Below, piece after piece: positions 37,030 to 49,004 of a stretch of DNA of 64,000 nucleotides; positions within the stretch are counted from its first letter, which is position 1; every line of letters starts with the position of its first letter. The stretch covers positions 61,876,001 through 61,940,000 of the forward strand of contig NC_043007.1 in the NCBI RefSeq assembly GCF_006345805.1, written 5' to 3'. Both the position numbers and the translations under genes were made by a program. The DNA comes from Octopus sinensis (Eukaryota). The notes beneath the pieces were generated by a model. It ran no database searches and had not been told where the DNA came from. It was given only the letters and a program-made list of their open reading frames with translations.

Positions 37030-37361
37030 GATATAGATATCAGCAACTGGCTCCAGCATGGCCACAGCATTTCGGCTGAAATGTATATGAAGAACAAAAG
37101 AACATATAATATAATATATATATATATATATGCCAACATGTCTGTCTGCCTGTCTGTCTGTCTATCTATTCCTATATTGCATTTAGAATACATAAGAGAA
37201 AGCTGCAGTCATCCATTGGAAACATTAAAGCAGTCATCCGTTCAGGCAAACAATAACTGCAGTTCTATTTTCGAGCAGATTTCAATAACATGTAATTATG
37301 TTCATTTCATGTAGGATATAGAGCAAAATGATAACGACGACGACGACGATGATGATAATGG

Positions 37362-37690
37362 TTTCTTTTATTTGCCACAGGGACATCAGATGAGGTGGAC
37401 ATTACAAGGACAGTTTACAATTTGCGTGTGGGTTTTATATAAAAGATGAAAGAAAAGAAAGAGAAAAGAAGGTGAAAAGAGATAAAAGTATCCATAGTGT
37501 ATACAATATGGGAACTCATAAACGATGTAGTTCTCCTGATACGGGGATTAATCAAATAACCCCACGGTTCCATGTTCACCCTTGTCGCTAAAGACATGAA
37601 CCCTCTGCCCAACAGCTGTACAGGTGCATGCATAGAGTAGGACCGCTCACCCTAGCCCTTTTTGCCAGTCACCCACACGATTCCTATTGA
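37362..37690 (-). mobile_element. Tx1/L1-type LINE 3' end (ORF2 terminus plus 3' UTR)
   Basis: Minus strand TGGGTGA...GGGTGAGCGGTCCTACTCTATGCATGCACCTG aligns with the ORF2 end at ~53325-53380 (TGGGTGAATG...GTGAATAGATCTACTCTAAGCCCGCGCTG). Ends CTGTCCTTG...CCCTGTGGCAAATAAAAGAAA. Confidence 0.6.
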
Positions 37691-38288
37691 CTGGAGTACA
37701 GTTTGTATAAGAGAATAGAAAAGTCGATTGAGTGACTTAGAATATTATTATTCGTATATATCTTTCGGAGCTTGACGTTATTTGCACTGTGAACAGAAAA
37801 CGTTGAGGAAGACTTATACAATAAAGAATTTAGTATTCAGACATGGCACGCATGTATTTATGTATGAATGTGTGTGTGTGTGTTTGTTTGCATGTATGAA
37901 TGTATGTATGTATTATTGTATATGTATGTTTGTATGAATGTATGCATGTGTGTGGCTGTGTGTTATGTATGTAAACATGAATGTGTGTTTGCAAGCGTAT
38001 TTTCTTTTCCTCTTTTTAATTTAGAGTTGATTTTGACCGGACGCCTACTTTGTAGCAAGGATGTGAAGGAAAGCATCTTATTTTATCCCTTACCCATTAA
38101 ATTTTCAGAAAGTGTTGCAGATTTTTATATTTATTGTCCCAGATAATGTGATCATTTGCAGCTTATGAATTAAGCAGGTACTCATTACTTGTTCTCTCCT
38201 TATTGGTGGATCCCTCATAGATGACGTTCTCAACCTCTATGTATGTATGTATGTATGTATGTTGTATGTATGTATGTATGTATGTATG

Positions 38289-39005
38289 TTTTCCTTTTGA
38301 GTTTTAATTAAGATCTTGAGAGAGTTCAGGACGGTCGCCAACAAAACAAGACTTTTGAGAGTACCCGGTGTTTGTAAATATGTAGTTGAGTTGGTGTATT
38401 GCTTGAACTGTCGATGTACATTTCCAAGTGTGTGCATCTATACATCTAAAGAATCTCAGATGGAGAATCTTTGGAATGTCTTACAAATCTTCACAATGCC
38501 GCTAATAGATTGGATTTGGAAAGGCGGTGAGCTGGCAGAATCGTTAGCACGCCGAGAGAATTGCTTAGCGGTATTTTATCTCCCTTTACGTTCTGAGGTT
38601 GACTTTGCCTTTCATCCTTAAGTACCAGTTGCGTACTGGGGTCGATCTAATCGACTGGCCCCCTCCTTTCAAAATTTCGGGCCTTGTGTCTAGAGTAGAA
38701 AAGAATAGATTGGATTTGGAGAATCTGCGTCAGTTTCTTTTGCTCTTTCTTCGAAAAACCTGGTATTTCTAGGGTTTTGTGTAAAGTTGTTGGTACATAG
38801 CCTAATGTATCTATGATTGTATGTACAAATAGCTTGGGTACAAGAGCTCTAAGTTCCACATTAATTCACCATAAATGTTCACGTTTTCTTATATTTTTGA
38901 TTGTACATTCATATCCGCTGGGTAGCTCACCTCTACAACAGTGTATAACATTTGTACCCTCACCTACAGAACAATAGTTTCTCTGTTATGTTTGCACCAA
39001 ATTGC
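38289..39005 (-). mobile_element. RLE LINE 3' fragment, (CATA)n-associated lineage (copy H), interrupted by a SINE
   Basis: CKHNRE...TVVEVSYPADMNV...YGELMWNLELLYP; TLGYVP...GFSKKEQKKLTQILQIQS|SISGIVKICKTFQRF. The 3' UTR runs into (CATA)n at 38238-38288. Confidence 0.8.
38521..38703 (+). mobile_element. Dominant SINE, tail type A, with perfect 17-bp TSD
   Basis: AATAGATTGGATTTGGA at 38504-38520 and 38704-38720. Confidence 0.94.
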
Positions 39006-39369
39006 TGTTTTTATTCGCATATTCTTTATTTTTAAAGCTGTTAATATCCCGGGTATGACTTTAAACTGCATCCGGAAGTTCGACCAGTGTACGGAAGTTC
39101 TGAGATTGAAGAGTGTGGAATCACCTCTTAGCAACTATTGTTCTCAAGTCTACTCTGACCCGGTGTAGTAGCACCAGTTAGGGTCCCAACTATAGGTTAA
39201 TCGCCACTGGTTTTATAGCTACTGCGCTGAAAAGTTAAGTCAGTATTCTGCAATACTTTATCCAGTCAATACAAATTCCCGCACAGAAACTTCTTGGACT
39301 CTCTGAACGTTTTCACGGACTTAGTGCATTTGGGAAGTCGTTTTACTCGGCTGCGAGATGACTTCCACC

Positions 39370-39613
39370 ATGTATGTATGCATGCCTGTATGTATATAAA
39401 TAGGTATGTAGGTATGCATGTATGTATATAAATAGGTATGTAGGTATTCATGTATGTATATAAATAGGTATGAAGGTATGCATGTATGTATATGAATAGG
39501 TATGTAGGTATGCATGTATGTATGCATGCATGCATGTATGTATGTATGCATGTATCTATGTAAGTATGTATGCATGTATGTTTGTACATATGTATGTAAG
39601 TATGTACGCATAC

Positions 39614-39644
<31 letters not shown>

Positions 39645-39988
39645 TGTATGTATGTATGTATGCATGTACGTATGTATGCATGTATGTATGTATGCATGTA
39701 TGTATGTGCGCATGTGTTTATGTAAGTATGTATGCATGCATGTATGTATGTGCGCATGTGTTTATGTAAGTATGTATGCATGCATGTATGTATGTATGTA
39801 TGTATGTATGTATGTATGTATGTATGTATGCATGTATGTATGTGCGTATGTATGTGTGTATGTATGTATGCATGTATGTATGTGTGCATGTGTTTATGTA
39901 AGTATGTATGTATGTATGTATGTATGTATGTATGTATGTATGTATATATGTATGTATGTATGTGCGTATGTATGTGTGTATGTATACA
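39370..39988. repeat. (ATGT)n-derived array with 32-bp and 44-bp higher-order units
   Basis: 4 x 32 bp at 39385-39512; 44-bp period at ~39701-39788. Confidence 0.9.
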
Positions 39989-40118
39989 TGGAAGCAATAT
40001 TTTTGTTCATTTACATATGCGCCCGTGTGCATTCTATAAGCTAAATTTCTGGAAGGTTTCGTACATTATTATATTTCCATCAATGGCTTCAAACTGCGAT
40101 TTTTTAATACGTAATGTA

Positions 40119-40230
40119 CGAGGTGTGGTCAAAATGTATCCGACTTTATTATTTCCCGCCGAAACTAATGTTGCGTGGACAAAATCTTTCGGGAGGAAGG
40201 TGACACTACTCTTCCTGCGCATGCGTGAAA
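40119..40230 (+). mobile_element. Mariner-like left end; no partner TIR found
   Basis: TA|CGAGGTGTGGTCAAAATGTATCCGACT resembles the TA|CGAGGG TIR class seen at 3053. Confidence 0.4.
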
Positions 40231-40744
40231 ATTTTTGTATGTAAGTTTGTATACGTGTGTTTTTCTATGTATCCTCTTTTTCTATTCCGATGTTGGTTTC
40301 AGTCATTTGACAAAGGCTACGCTGGGCCTCTGCCTTCAAGGGATTTTGTCCAGTATATTTCCCTGATATATACTCAGTTTGGTGTATATTCTATCATCTA
40401 TATTTGTCGAATCACGTTTTTATACGAAACGACGGTTTTACATAAATACAGACACGAGTAGGCAAACATGCAAACACATATATATATATATGGATTCATG
40501 GATGCATGCGGGCATGTATGTCATTATTCAGTTTTATTTCAAGATTTCTTGCCAACAGAGAAAGAGCCGGTTTCTAACCTAGATCCAAGGCTCCTTCGTT
40601 TAAATTTTAACATCAACAAGAGGGTATATTTTTGTGTGTGTATGTATGTATGTATGTATGTATGTATGTATGTATGTATGTATGTATGTATGTATGTATG
40701 TATGCATGTATGTATGTATGTATGCATGTATGTATATATGTATA

Positions 40745-41253
40745 CGCGCAGATTTGTCTGTTTTATCTTATGTATGTCTTCTCATGCATATCGTTGCATA
40801 TCTAGACATGCTCATATATACTTAAGTGATAAACCTCTGGAAAGTTTTACAGATTTTTACAGTTCAAATGATGGATTAGATCGGTAGCCTTCGAATCAGC
40901 TTTCTCCTTTCTGGTTGTGAGAAGCCTAATTTTTCAAGATTGTTATTTAGGTAGTGTGCTACATATCTCAGTGCCCCAATAATTACAAGCAAAAACCTGA
41001 ACTTGTAATCTGGATAGAGTAACTGCAGATTTCTCAAAAGTTTGGCATAGGTATTGTCTTTTTCACTAATCTTCAGCTTTATGTTAACATCCACTGGGCA
41101 GCTAATTTCGACAACTGTACACAGTTTCTCTTCTCTATCCCAAATCATTATATCAGGTCTGTTGTGCAAATTGAGGCTTTCACTGGTATATTCCACCAGT
41201 ACCCCATTCTTCCGACAGATTTCATTATATAGTGTCCTAGCTACAACATCATG
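40745..41253 (-). mobile_element. RLE LINE 3' fragment, (CATA)n-associated lineage (copy F)
   Basis: HDVVARTLYNEICRK; HNRPDIMIWDREEKLCTVVEISCPVDVN; LLRNLQLLYPDYKF; LGFSQPERRKLIRRL...TVKICKTFQRF. Sense-strand (CATA)n on both sides (40640-40744 and 41251-41276). Confidence 0.87.
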
Positions 41254-42202
41254 TATGTATGTATGTATGTATGTATCTGTCTGTCTGTCTATCTATGCAT
41301 TTATCCATACACGTGTGCATATGTATATATATGTATATACATATTATACGTATATATATATACAAACGCACACATCACACGCACGCGCAAACACACAGAC
41401 ATATATACATACAGACATAGACATACATATATATTTCTATACATACGCACATGCGTGCACACAAACATACCTATATATTAGAAAAACTATGTGGAGTTTT
41501 ACATAAACTGAGATACAGATTATACTTATTTTGTGTGTTTTTAGGAAATAAACACCCGATCTCTGATGAGGTGGTAAAAATTGCTGAAACTATTGAAGTC
41601 GATCTTCTTTCCTCGGTCTGAGAGAGAACAAAAACATATAGCATAATTAGAATATCAACTTCTGAATCCGAAAGTATTTAGCATGAGTTTTCTTTCGTAC
41701 CAATTATTGCAAAAGGCTACGTAGGCTTCTGTTAATCAATTCTCGCTGCCAACGATTGCACTATGAGGCAATTTAGGACAGTTTGTCTTTACTGTAAATT
41801 ACCATTTCACATCGACACAAGGCAGAGATTTGTGAGGAGGAGACAGTTAATGACATTGGTCTTGTACTTGCCGCCAGAAGGGGTCAAAGTTGATTTCGCA
41901 AGATTTAAGTGTAAAGAGCAAGGACAAATATTGCAAGGCATTTTGTCCGACGCTCTAACTATTCTGCCAATCATCAGATTTTGTATGTACTAAAAATAAC
42001 TATAAGCTACTAATTCTCAGTGGCCAGTAAAATTAGTAACCAATCGCTGATGAATGGGTAAGAAACATTAAACGCTGAAACCAGACGATCTTTTTCTGGC
42101 CAGAGAAAAAACATCTGGTTTAAATATCCAATCTATTTTAGTAAGCGAGCCTAAATATTCGCGCGCGCACACACACAACCACACATACGCACGCATGCAC
42201 AC

Positions 42203-42256
<54 letters not shown>

Positions 42257-42316
42257 ATATTGCATACATGTATATACAGATACATATATATACCTGCATA
42301 TATACATATGTATATA

Positions 42317-43030
42317 CAGGGGTTGGACAAAATAATGGAAACATTAAAATTTCAAACAAAGTTATTCTAATATGGGGTAGGACAGATCACAGATCTTCCT
42401 CCACGTTTAACAGTTGGAAGAAGGCAGTCTGGGTCAAATGCTTCTTTTGGCTGTCTCCACATGTATACTTGATCGGTGGTCGGAAATAAAGTAAAGGATG
42501 ACCCATTCATGAAATTAACATTCTTCCACTGCTCTAAGGACCAATTCTGTAGGTTTTTACTCCACTCAAAACGCTTAGCAACGCTTTTTTTTGAAAGTAG
42601 TGGTTTTCTAATTGCAGCCCTCCCATGAAATCCGGCTTCGTGCAACTCCTGGTGAACAGTTTTTGTGGAAATTGAGTTCTTGAGGTAGTCATTGAGCTCT
42701 GCAGTAATTTTGGGAGCTGTACTTTTGTGATCCTTTCTAACAATTCACGTAAGCTTCCAACGGTCCCTATCTGAAAATTTTGGTTTTCTTCCGGAGTTTT
42801 GTTTCGACGAGGAGGTTTTTCCCGGTTTCTCAAATGCTGTCATTACTTTTGAGACAGTACTTCTTGATACACCAAACATTTCGGCAGTTTGCGTTACGCT
42901 AGCATCTGCACCAACAATTTGACCTCTTTGAAAGTCCAATAGATCTGTCATTTTAATGAATTTTAATTACCTTTTTCTGATGATATCTGAAAAGAAACAG
43001 CAATTTTCGCAAACCATATTAAGCAACACT
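42317..43030 (-). mobile_element. Tc1-like DNA transposon remnant, internally deleted
   Basis: Transposase pieces DLLDFQRGQIVG...FGVSRSTVSKV (HTH), GRKPK, AAIRKPLLSK, WKNVNFMNGSSF (first catalytic D lost), LLPTVKRGGRSV; the rest of the DDE domain is missing. One TIR, TA|CAGGGGTTGGACAAAATAATGGAAAC, at 42317. Confidence 0.87.
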
Positions 43031-43232
43031 AATAATAAATATTATATATATATATATATATATCTTTTATTTTTTTTATTTTTTACTTGTTTCAGTCATT
43101 AGACTGCGATCATGCTGGGGCACGGTCTTGAAGAATATATATTGTTCAATTGAACAGAAAACAAAATACAATGACAGGTGAAGTAACAACAAACAGGTGT
43201 ACTAGTTTGACGTTCGGGAAGAATGGAAAAGT

Positions 43233-43268
43233 CTTTGACGTTTTGAGCCTACGCACTTCGACAGAAAG
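43233..43268 (-). ncRNA. Degenerate minimal hammerhead-like motif
   Basis: Minus strand CUUU-CUGUCGA-A-GUGC-guag-GCUC-AAAAC-GUC-AAAG. Stem I CUUU/AAAG, extra A10, palindromic AC/GU stem III; core substitutions A6>U and G12>A. Confidence 0.45.
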
Positions 43269-43290
43269 GGATGAGAAGAAAAAATGGATG

Positions 43291-43488
43291 CCTCCTACCT
43301 ACCTACCTACCCACCCATCCACCTACCTACCTACCGACCTACCTACCTACCTACTTTCCTACCTACCTACCTACCTACCGACCCACCTACCTACCTACCT
43401 ACCTACCTACATACATACATACATACATACATACATACATACATACATACACACATACATACATACATACATACATACATACATACAT

Positions 43489-43519
<31 letters not shown>

Positions 43520-43591
43520 TACATACATACATACATACATACATACATACAACATACATACATACAACATACATACATACATACATACATA
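43291..43591. repeat. (CCTA)n grading into (CATA)n
   Basis: Direct reading. Confidence 0.95.
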
Positions 43592-44596
43592 TCCGGCCTA
43601 TATCCATTTGCGATTGTCGTTCCGTATAATAGAAATGGGATGTTGTAATGTTCATGTTTTCCCAAATAAATTAGTAGCTTTTGTGAAACAAAACAATGTT
43701 AACCGAAAATTGTAACCAGGCTGCAGACCAAACCTGGTAAGGAACTAGTCCTAATGCCGTCGTCATTCATTGCATAAAACAAACAATATTTTCAATATCT
43801 AAAAAATATAAAATCCAGAATCCAAGGTTCTTACTGGTAGCAACAGTGCTACCAAAAGGAATAAGTCTCTGACAATTTTCTTTCTGCCACAACTAACAAC
43901 TCATACTAAAAATAAGCAAGCTGCGAATGTATTTGAAACGTCCGTGGAAAGTAACGTCATCGAGTGTCCATTCCCACTGTGGCTCAAGGTTTTGCATTGT
44001 AAACCAGTAAAACATGCAATAATTGAATTAATTATACGCTTTGTTGTATAATCTAAGCTACTAACGGGCGATTTAGGCAGCAACGTCATGCTAGATCAGG
44101 ATTTCACCAGTGTTAATTAGCATGTAGATCAAAGATATACGACCTAATCTAAACTGGTTTATAATGGATAAGTTTACTGCCTGCCAGAGAATGCTTTTCA
44201 TATTTCTGTAATGGAAACCAGTAATTAGTGGCTCAGCTTGAGGAGAGTCAAGTTTAATAAGTCCTTTGTTCCTTCTTCAAATCATACATAACTTGTTCAC
44301 ATCCTTTCTTATGCCCAATTTATCCTGTTTTTAGCTAGAGTGGTAACAAAATACATGAGCAGAGCCTAATGTTTTAAATATTTGCTCCGGCTTCCATCCT
44401 AAAGCACTGTTCGCTAATTGCAAATTAAGTATACAGTGTTATGTGTGCACTTATCAAATACACATTCACCTGTTATAAATGCATATAGAGTACACTAACA
44501 GGTTTATTTGAAATGCAATACACACCTCGTTTGATAAAGACTCCTCGTCTCCTAATCCTCTCTTTACATGAATCTGTCTCAATATTCATAAACACT

Positions 44597-44812
44597 GTGA
44601 AGGCGGTGAGCTGGTAAAATCGTTAGCACGCCGAGGAAAATGCTTAGCGGCATTTCATCCGTCTTTACGTTCTGAACTTGAATTCTGCCGGGGTCGACTT
44701 TGCCCTTCATCCTTCAGGATCGTTAAAATAAGTACCAGCAGAACACAGGGGTCGATATAGCCGACGTTCCGCCTCCCCCGAATTTGCTGGCCTTGTACCA
44801 AAATTTGAAACC
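44597..44812 (+). mobile_element. Dominant SINE, tail type B, with 16-bp TSD (2 mismatches)
   Basis: AATATTCATAAACACT (44581-44596) and AATATTTGTAAACACT (44813-44828). Confidence 0.9.
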
Positions 44813-46689
44813 AATATTTGTAAACACTTTACAGTATTTTACTCACTCACCAGATATTCTCTCCGACCCAGCAAAGTACTACTCTATCGCTCTCACTTCC
44901 AACATCCCAAACCTGATGCAGACAACCGGTACTGATCACCACTTTGGCCATATTGAATGTTGCTCTCCACAGTAAACTTGATTTCCTGTGTCACTCTCCG
45001 GTGTTCCAGTGAAATTTTCGACAAAACGTTAGATTTGCGTTTAAGATTAGCAAATGTCTCGAGTAAGAAACCCCGAACTGAGTCGTTCGTTTATAGTATC
45101 TATCCATTTGACTTTTCTTAGAAAGTTCCTGTCATACATTATAATTGCAGCGTGTGCCAAGAAAGGTCACTCCAGCACACTTCCTGTCAGCTGTAGCGTA
45201 CTCCAGGATTAGGAATATTTCTCATATATCCCACCCCACTTCTGTGCGTTAGCTACATACTGTGCAGTTTCTCTCAGAAGTCACATTTCAGTTTTGACAC
45301 TTCAGATTTTTCTCTTCCTAAACTTCACTCCTCGTTACACTTCAGATCATGTACACAAGATTTCAAGTGATTGAAAGCTATTTCTGGTTTACTGCCCGGT
45401 TGTATTAACTTATACTTAACTTCATGCTTTTGACACTGTTGAAGCATTGTCGTTTGACTCTGGATCCTCATGTCTGGAATTGTGTTATCTGATGAAGTCC
45501 TAATGAACATGGCGTAGAAGAGTCCTCTCTTTGAGGGAGTAGGGGTGAATAGGACCATCACGCGGCTCAGCCTGTTTAATGTCACTTCAGAACCATGGGT
45601 GTCTTCAACAGAGTTCGCTCTGTTGCAAGAATTCAAAACAGGTTCCCAGCCGGTGATTACTGTTATCATGATCTCATGGTACACCAATATTCTCTTCACT
45701 TCCTTAGATGCCAAGATTAACACTAAACAGACTTGAAAATTCTCCTCTTCTCTAATTTCCGCGAACTCCGATCCAACATAAACCCCATACAGCGCACGTA
45801 CTAACACACAACCCACACGTCCTGTTCTTCTCTGTTTGTATAGGTCTGTCATTCCCTATCTATAACTCATCTCTGCTGTACAGGATACATCCTATATATA
45901 AACTTCACTCTGAAAGGCGATGTCTGGGTATACGTAGATTCCACTCACCCCATCACTCATATCTTACACCTAAGTATCAGTAACGAATACCGCCAGTTAT
46001 TCTGCTTCCAATACTCTTTTTCGATTCCTGTAAATGTCTGCTTCCTCTGCCATACTCCAAGCACTACAAACTCCTCAAAATAGTAACATCACTTTGACCA
46101 ATTGTCTTCTAGAATAGACTTTACAACCACCCCCTCTTTAAAGTCATCGTCCTCGCTAATTTCAGTACGTGCAATTCCTTATGGTTCTCACATACGTCTT
46201 AGACAGATGCTGCCTGGGCAGAAGCTGAATCTTTTGTAATGTTCAATACGAATTTGTTTCGTCCCCTATACTCATCTTTTAGATATACAGACATTTCAAA
46301 CACTTGAACTCTTTCTCGACTGCATAAACTCAGCCTCTACAAAACTATTGCTAACATGGCAACTATCTGGTTGCTTGACTATTGCCTTATCACCACTACC
46401 CTTCCACATGTTACTCATTGTCGAAGTAAACTTTGCTTTCCATCCTTTCGGGGTCGATAAAAATGTACCAATCCAAAGCAATAGATTGGTAGAAATGTAA
46501 GTATTTGTTCTCAGATCAAATCATGCATCAATTTGACAGCTCTACCTTAGGTGCCGTTAGCAGAGTCCGCTCTGCAAGAACTCAGGTCGGGTTTCCGATT
46601 TAAAAATACCTTTCTCAATGCCTTCCGCCTCGGAGGCCCTGTAATATGTCACGGACGCCGCCTTTCTTCCTGATTAAAAAGTGTAGAGT

Positions 46690-47025
46690 AAAAGGTATAA
46701 GGCCAACAATTTTGAGCGAAGGGTTAGTCGATTATATCACTCGTAGTACTTGATTGATACTTTATTATGTTGACCCCTGAGGAATGAAAAGTAAAGTTGA
46801 TCTCGTCAGATTTGAAGACAAAACAAATACGCAAGGTATTTTCTCGGCGCATTTACGATTCTGCTTATCCATCGGCCATATTCTGTCGTAATACAATGGA
46901 GTGTCATCTAGTCACAAGGCCAGTAATTTTATGGAGGCAAGGGTGGGGATTTAGTTTATTATATCGATCTCGAATGTATGAAGTGCAAAGTTGATTTCGG
47001 AGGGTATTGAACTCAGAAAGTAAAG
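46690..47025 (-). mobile_element. Two degenerate head-to-tail dominant SINE copies
   Basis: rc cores at ~46690-46878 and ~46910-47025. Confidence 0.6.
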
Positions 47026-47716
47026 AGGGTGATATTTTGTCTTCATAACAACTATATGCACGGAAACATTCTCAAATAAACCAAGCCTTCCGTGGACTGG
47101 TTTATTCCATTGATATAATGACTCTTGTTTCTTTGGTAAATCCTGCTATTATGAAACTAGGCAGTTTGATGTGAACATGTGCAATGCTTGTGTGTATTAG
47201 TCTATAATTTTAGCAAAATCACGACTTCGTTCAGGACTGAGTCCAATGCATAATTATACTCTCAATGTTTCTGGAAATGGGAAATTGGTTGGTCATTTGT
47301 CAATTAAACAAAACAACTATACAGTGAGAAATTTTCGTTGTTAATGTAATAAGGTTGCATGAAATAGAATCCTATTATATTTAAAGAATACCTTAAAAAA
47401 TTCAATGCAGATTAGTACAATTCATTGTGTTACTTTATTTTTAACTCTGTACTTAGCCCTTTTGTGTAGCGATTGACACAGTAACACGTGATGAGAAAGT
47501 GAAAAACTGCGTTTATTTACTGGTACAAATGCTTTTCTTTCTTGCTAAAATTAGACTGTATGTGTGTGTGTAGAGAGAGAGAGAGAGGGAGAGAAAGAGA
47601 GAGGCCTGAAATTGAATTGAATGAAGTTTAATTACTATCTTGATGCTAATATATACTTTTTAATCTTTTTTGCAAACACCACACACTCACACACACATAC
47701 ATACGTATGTATATAT

Positions 47717-47765
<49 letters not shown>

Positions 47766-47824
47766 TATATACAATATACATGTATGTTTGTGTATGTATG
47801 TACATATGCATGTATGTATATATG

Positions 47825-48515
47825 TTCTCTTCTGCTTTTAATAATTCCAATTCTTCAAATGGAGAAGGAGCTAGTTTCTAACAAAAATACAAAGCTCTGT
47901 CACTGGCATGCAGAAAACAATGACACATTTTAAACTTGAGAAAAATCTTGCATACTTTTACTGCTCCACTTACAGATTGTGTTTGTAATGTGCGAGTTGG
48001 TTGATTTTTGTTGCTCAAAATCCAAGCTTATCCAGCCTGTCAGTTAGGCATTTACTCTCAAACCAAGTGCGTCAATTATTGTTGGTATAAATGTAAATTT
48101 ATAATCTGGATATAGAAGCTGAAGATTTCGAAGTAGTTTCCGTAGTTATCCTATTTCTCTTTGATTTTTAAAGAGATATTCACATCAACAGGACGGCTGA
48201 CTTCTATGTCGGTACATAATTTTACTTGTTTATCCCAAACAACAATATCCAACCTATTATGCTTCCATTTCACAGATGTTTTGATGGGAATGTTGGACCA
48301 GTACTCCTCGTGTTGATGTTTGTGTTCGTATTCAATAACAGGGGGGTTCTCTATATTTATTCCAGGACAGTCTTTTTTTCGGATGACATTGTATATTGTT
48401 TGCACGACAACGTCTTGTCTCATAGGAAGGTAGTACCTTGATGACATTTTTGGGCAGCTGCTAATCACATGTGTTATGTCTTCAAACAGAAATATGATAT
48501 AATCTACATTTTTAG

Positions 48516-48516
<1 letters not shown>
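47825..48516 (-). mobile_element. RLE LINE 3' fragment, (CATA)n-associated lineage (copy G)
   Basis: KCRL...EDITHVISSCPKMSSRYYLPMRQDVV; KHNRLDIVVWDKQVKLCTDIEVSRPVDVN; LLRNLQLLYPDYKFTFIP; QTQSVSGAVKVCKIF. (CATA)-type repeats on both sides (47780-47824 degenerate; 48517 onward). Confidence 0.85.
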
Positions 48517-48547
<31 letters not shown>

Positions 48548-48609
48548 GGTAGGTAGGTAGGTAGGTAGGTAGGTAGGTAGGTAGGTAGGTAGGTAGGTAG
48601 GTAGGTAGG

Positions 48610-48664
<55 letters not shown>

Positions 48665-48966
48665 GAAAATAAGACAGGGTAGAACATGCTAAAATAATTT
48701 TATCAAGAACATTTTAGTACCGGTTTCAGTCTTTGCAACTTTTCTACTTATAGTAAAGCATGAAAAACAATTGATTTGTGGAAACATTAAATGAAATGTT
48801 TTTTAAGAATTTTTCCATAGTTTTCAAATGCAAGGGACATTTTCCTTGTTTCTGTCTGTCTCTCTTTTTTAATCTGGTAAAGGCTTGATAGCAGGTAGCA
48901 GGTAGAAGCAGTCCTAATATTTGATATGAGTTCTTGGTTTTGATTGTTTAAGCAGTATTAGTTGTA

Positions 48967-49004
<38 letters not shown>

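Noticed and set aside
44850-46230. 175-aa ORF 45325-45852 (-) and flanks as an RTE/CR1 remnant or exon
   Set aside because: Only vague resemblance to APE/RT sequence; no diagnostic motif found by eye.
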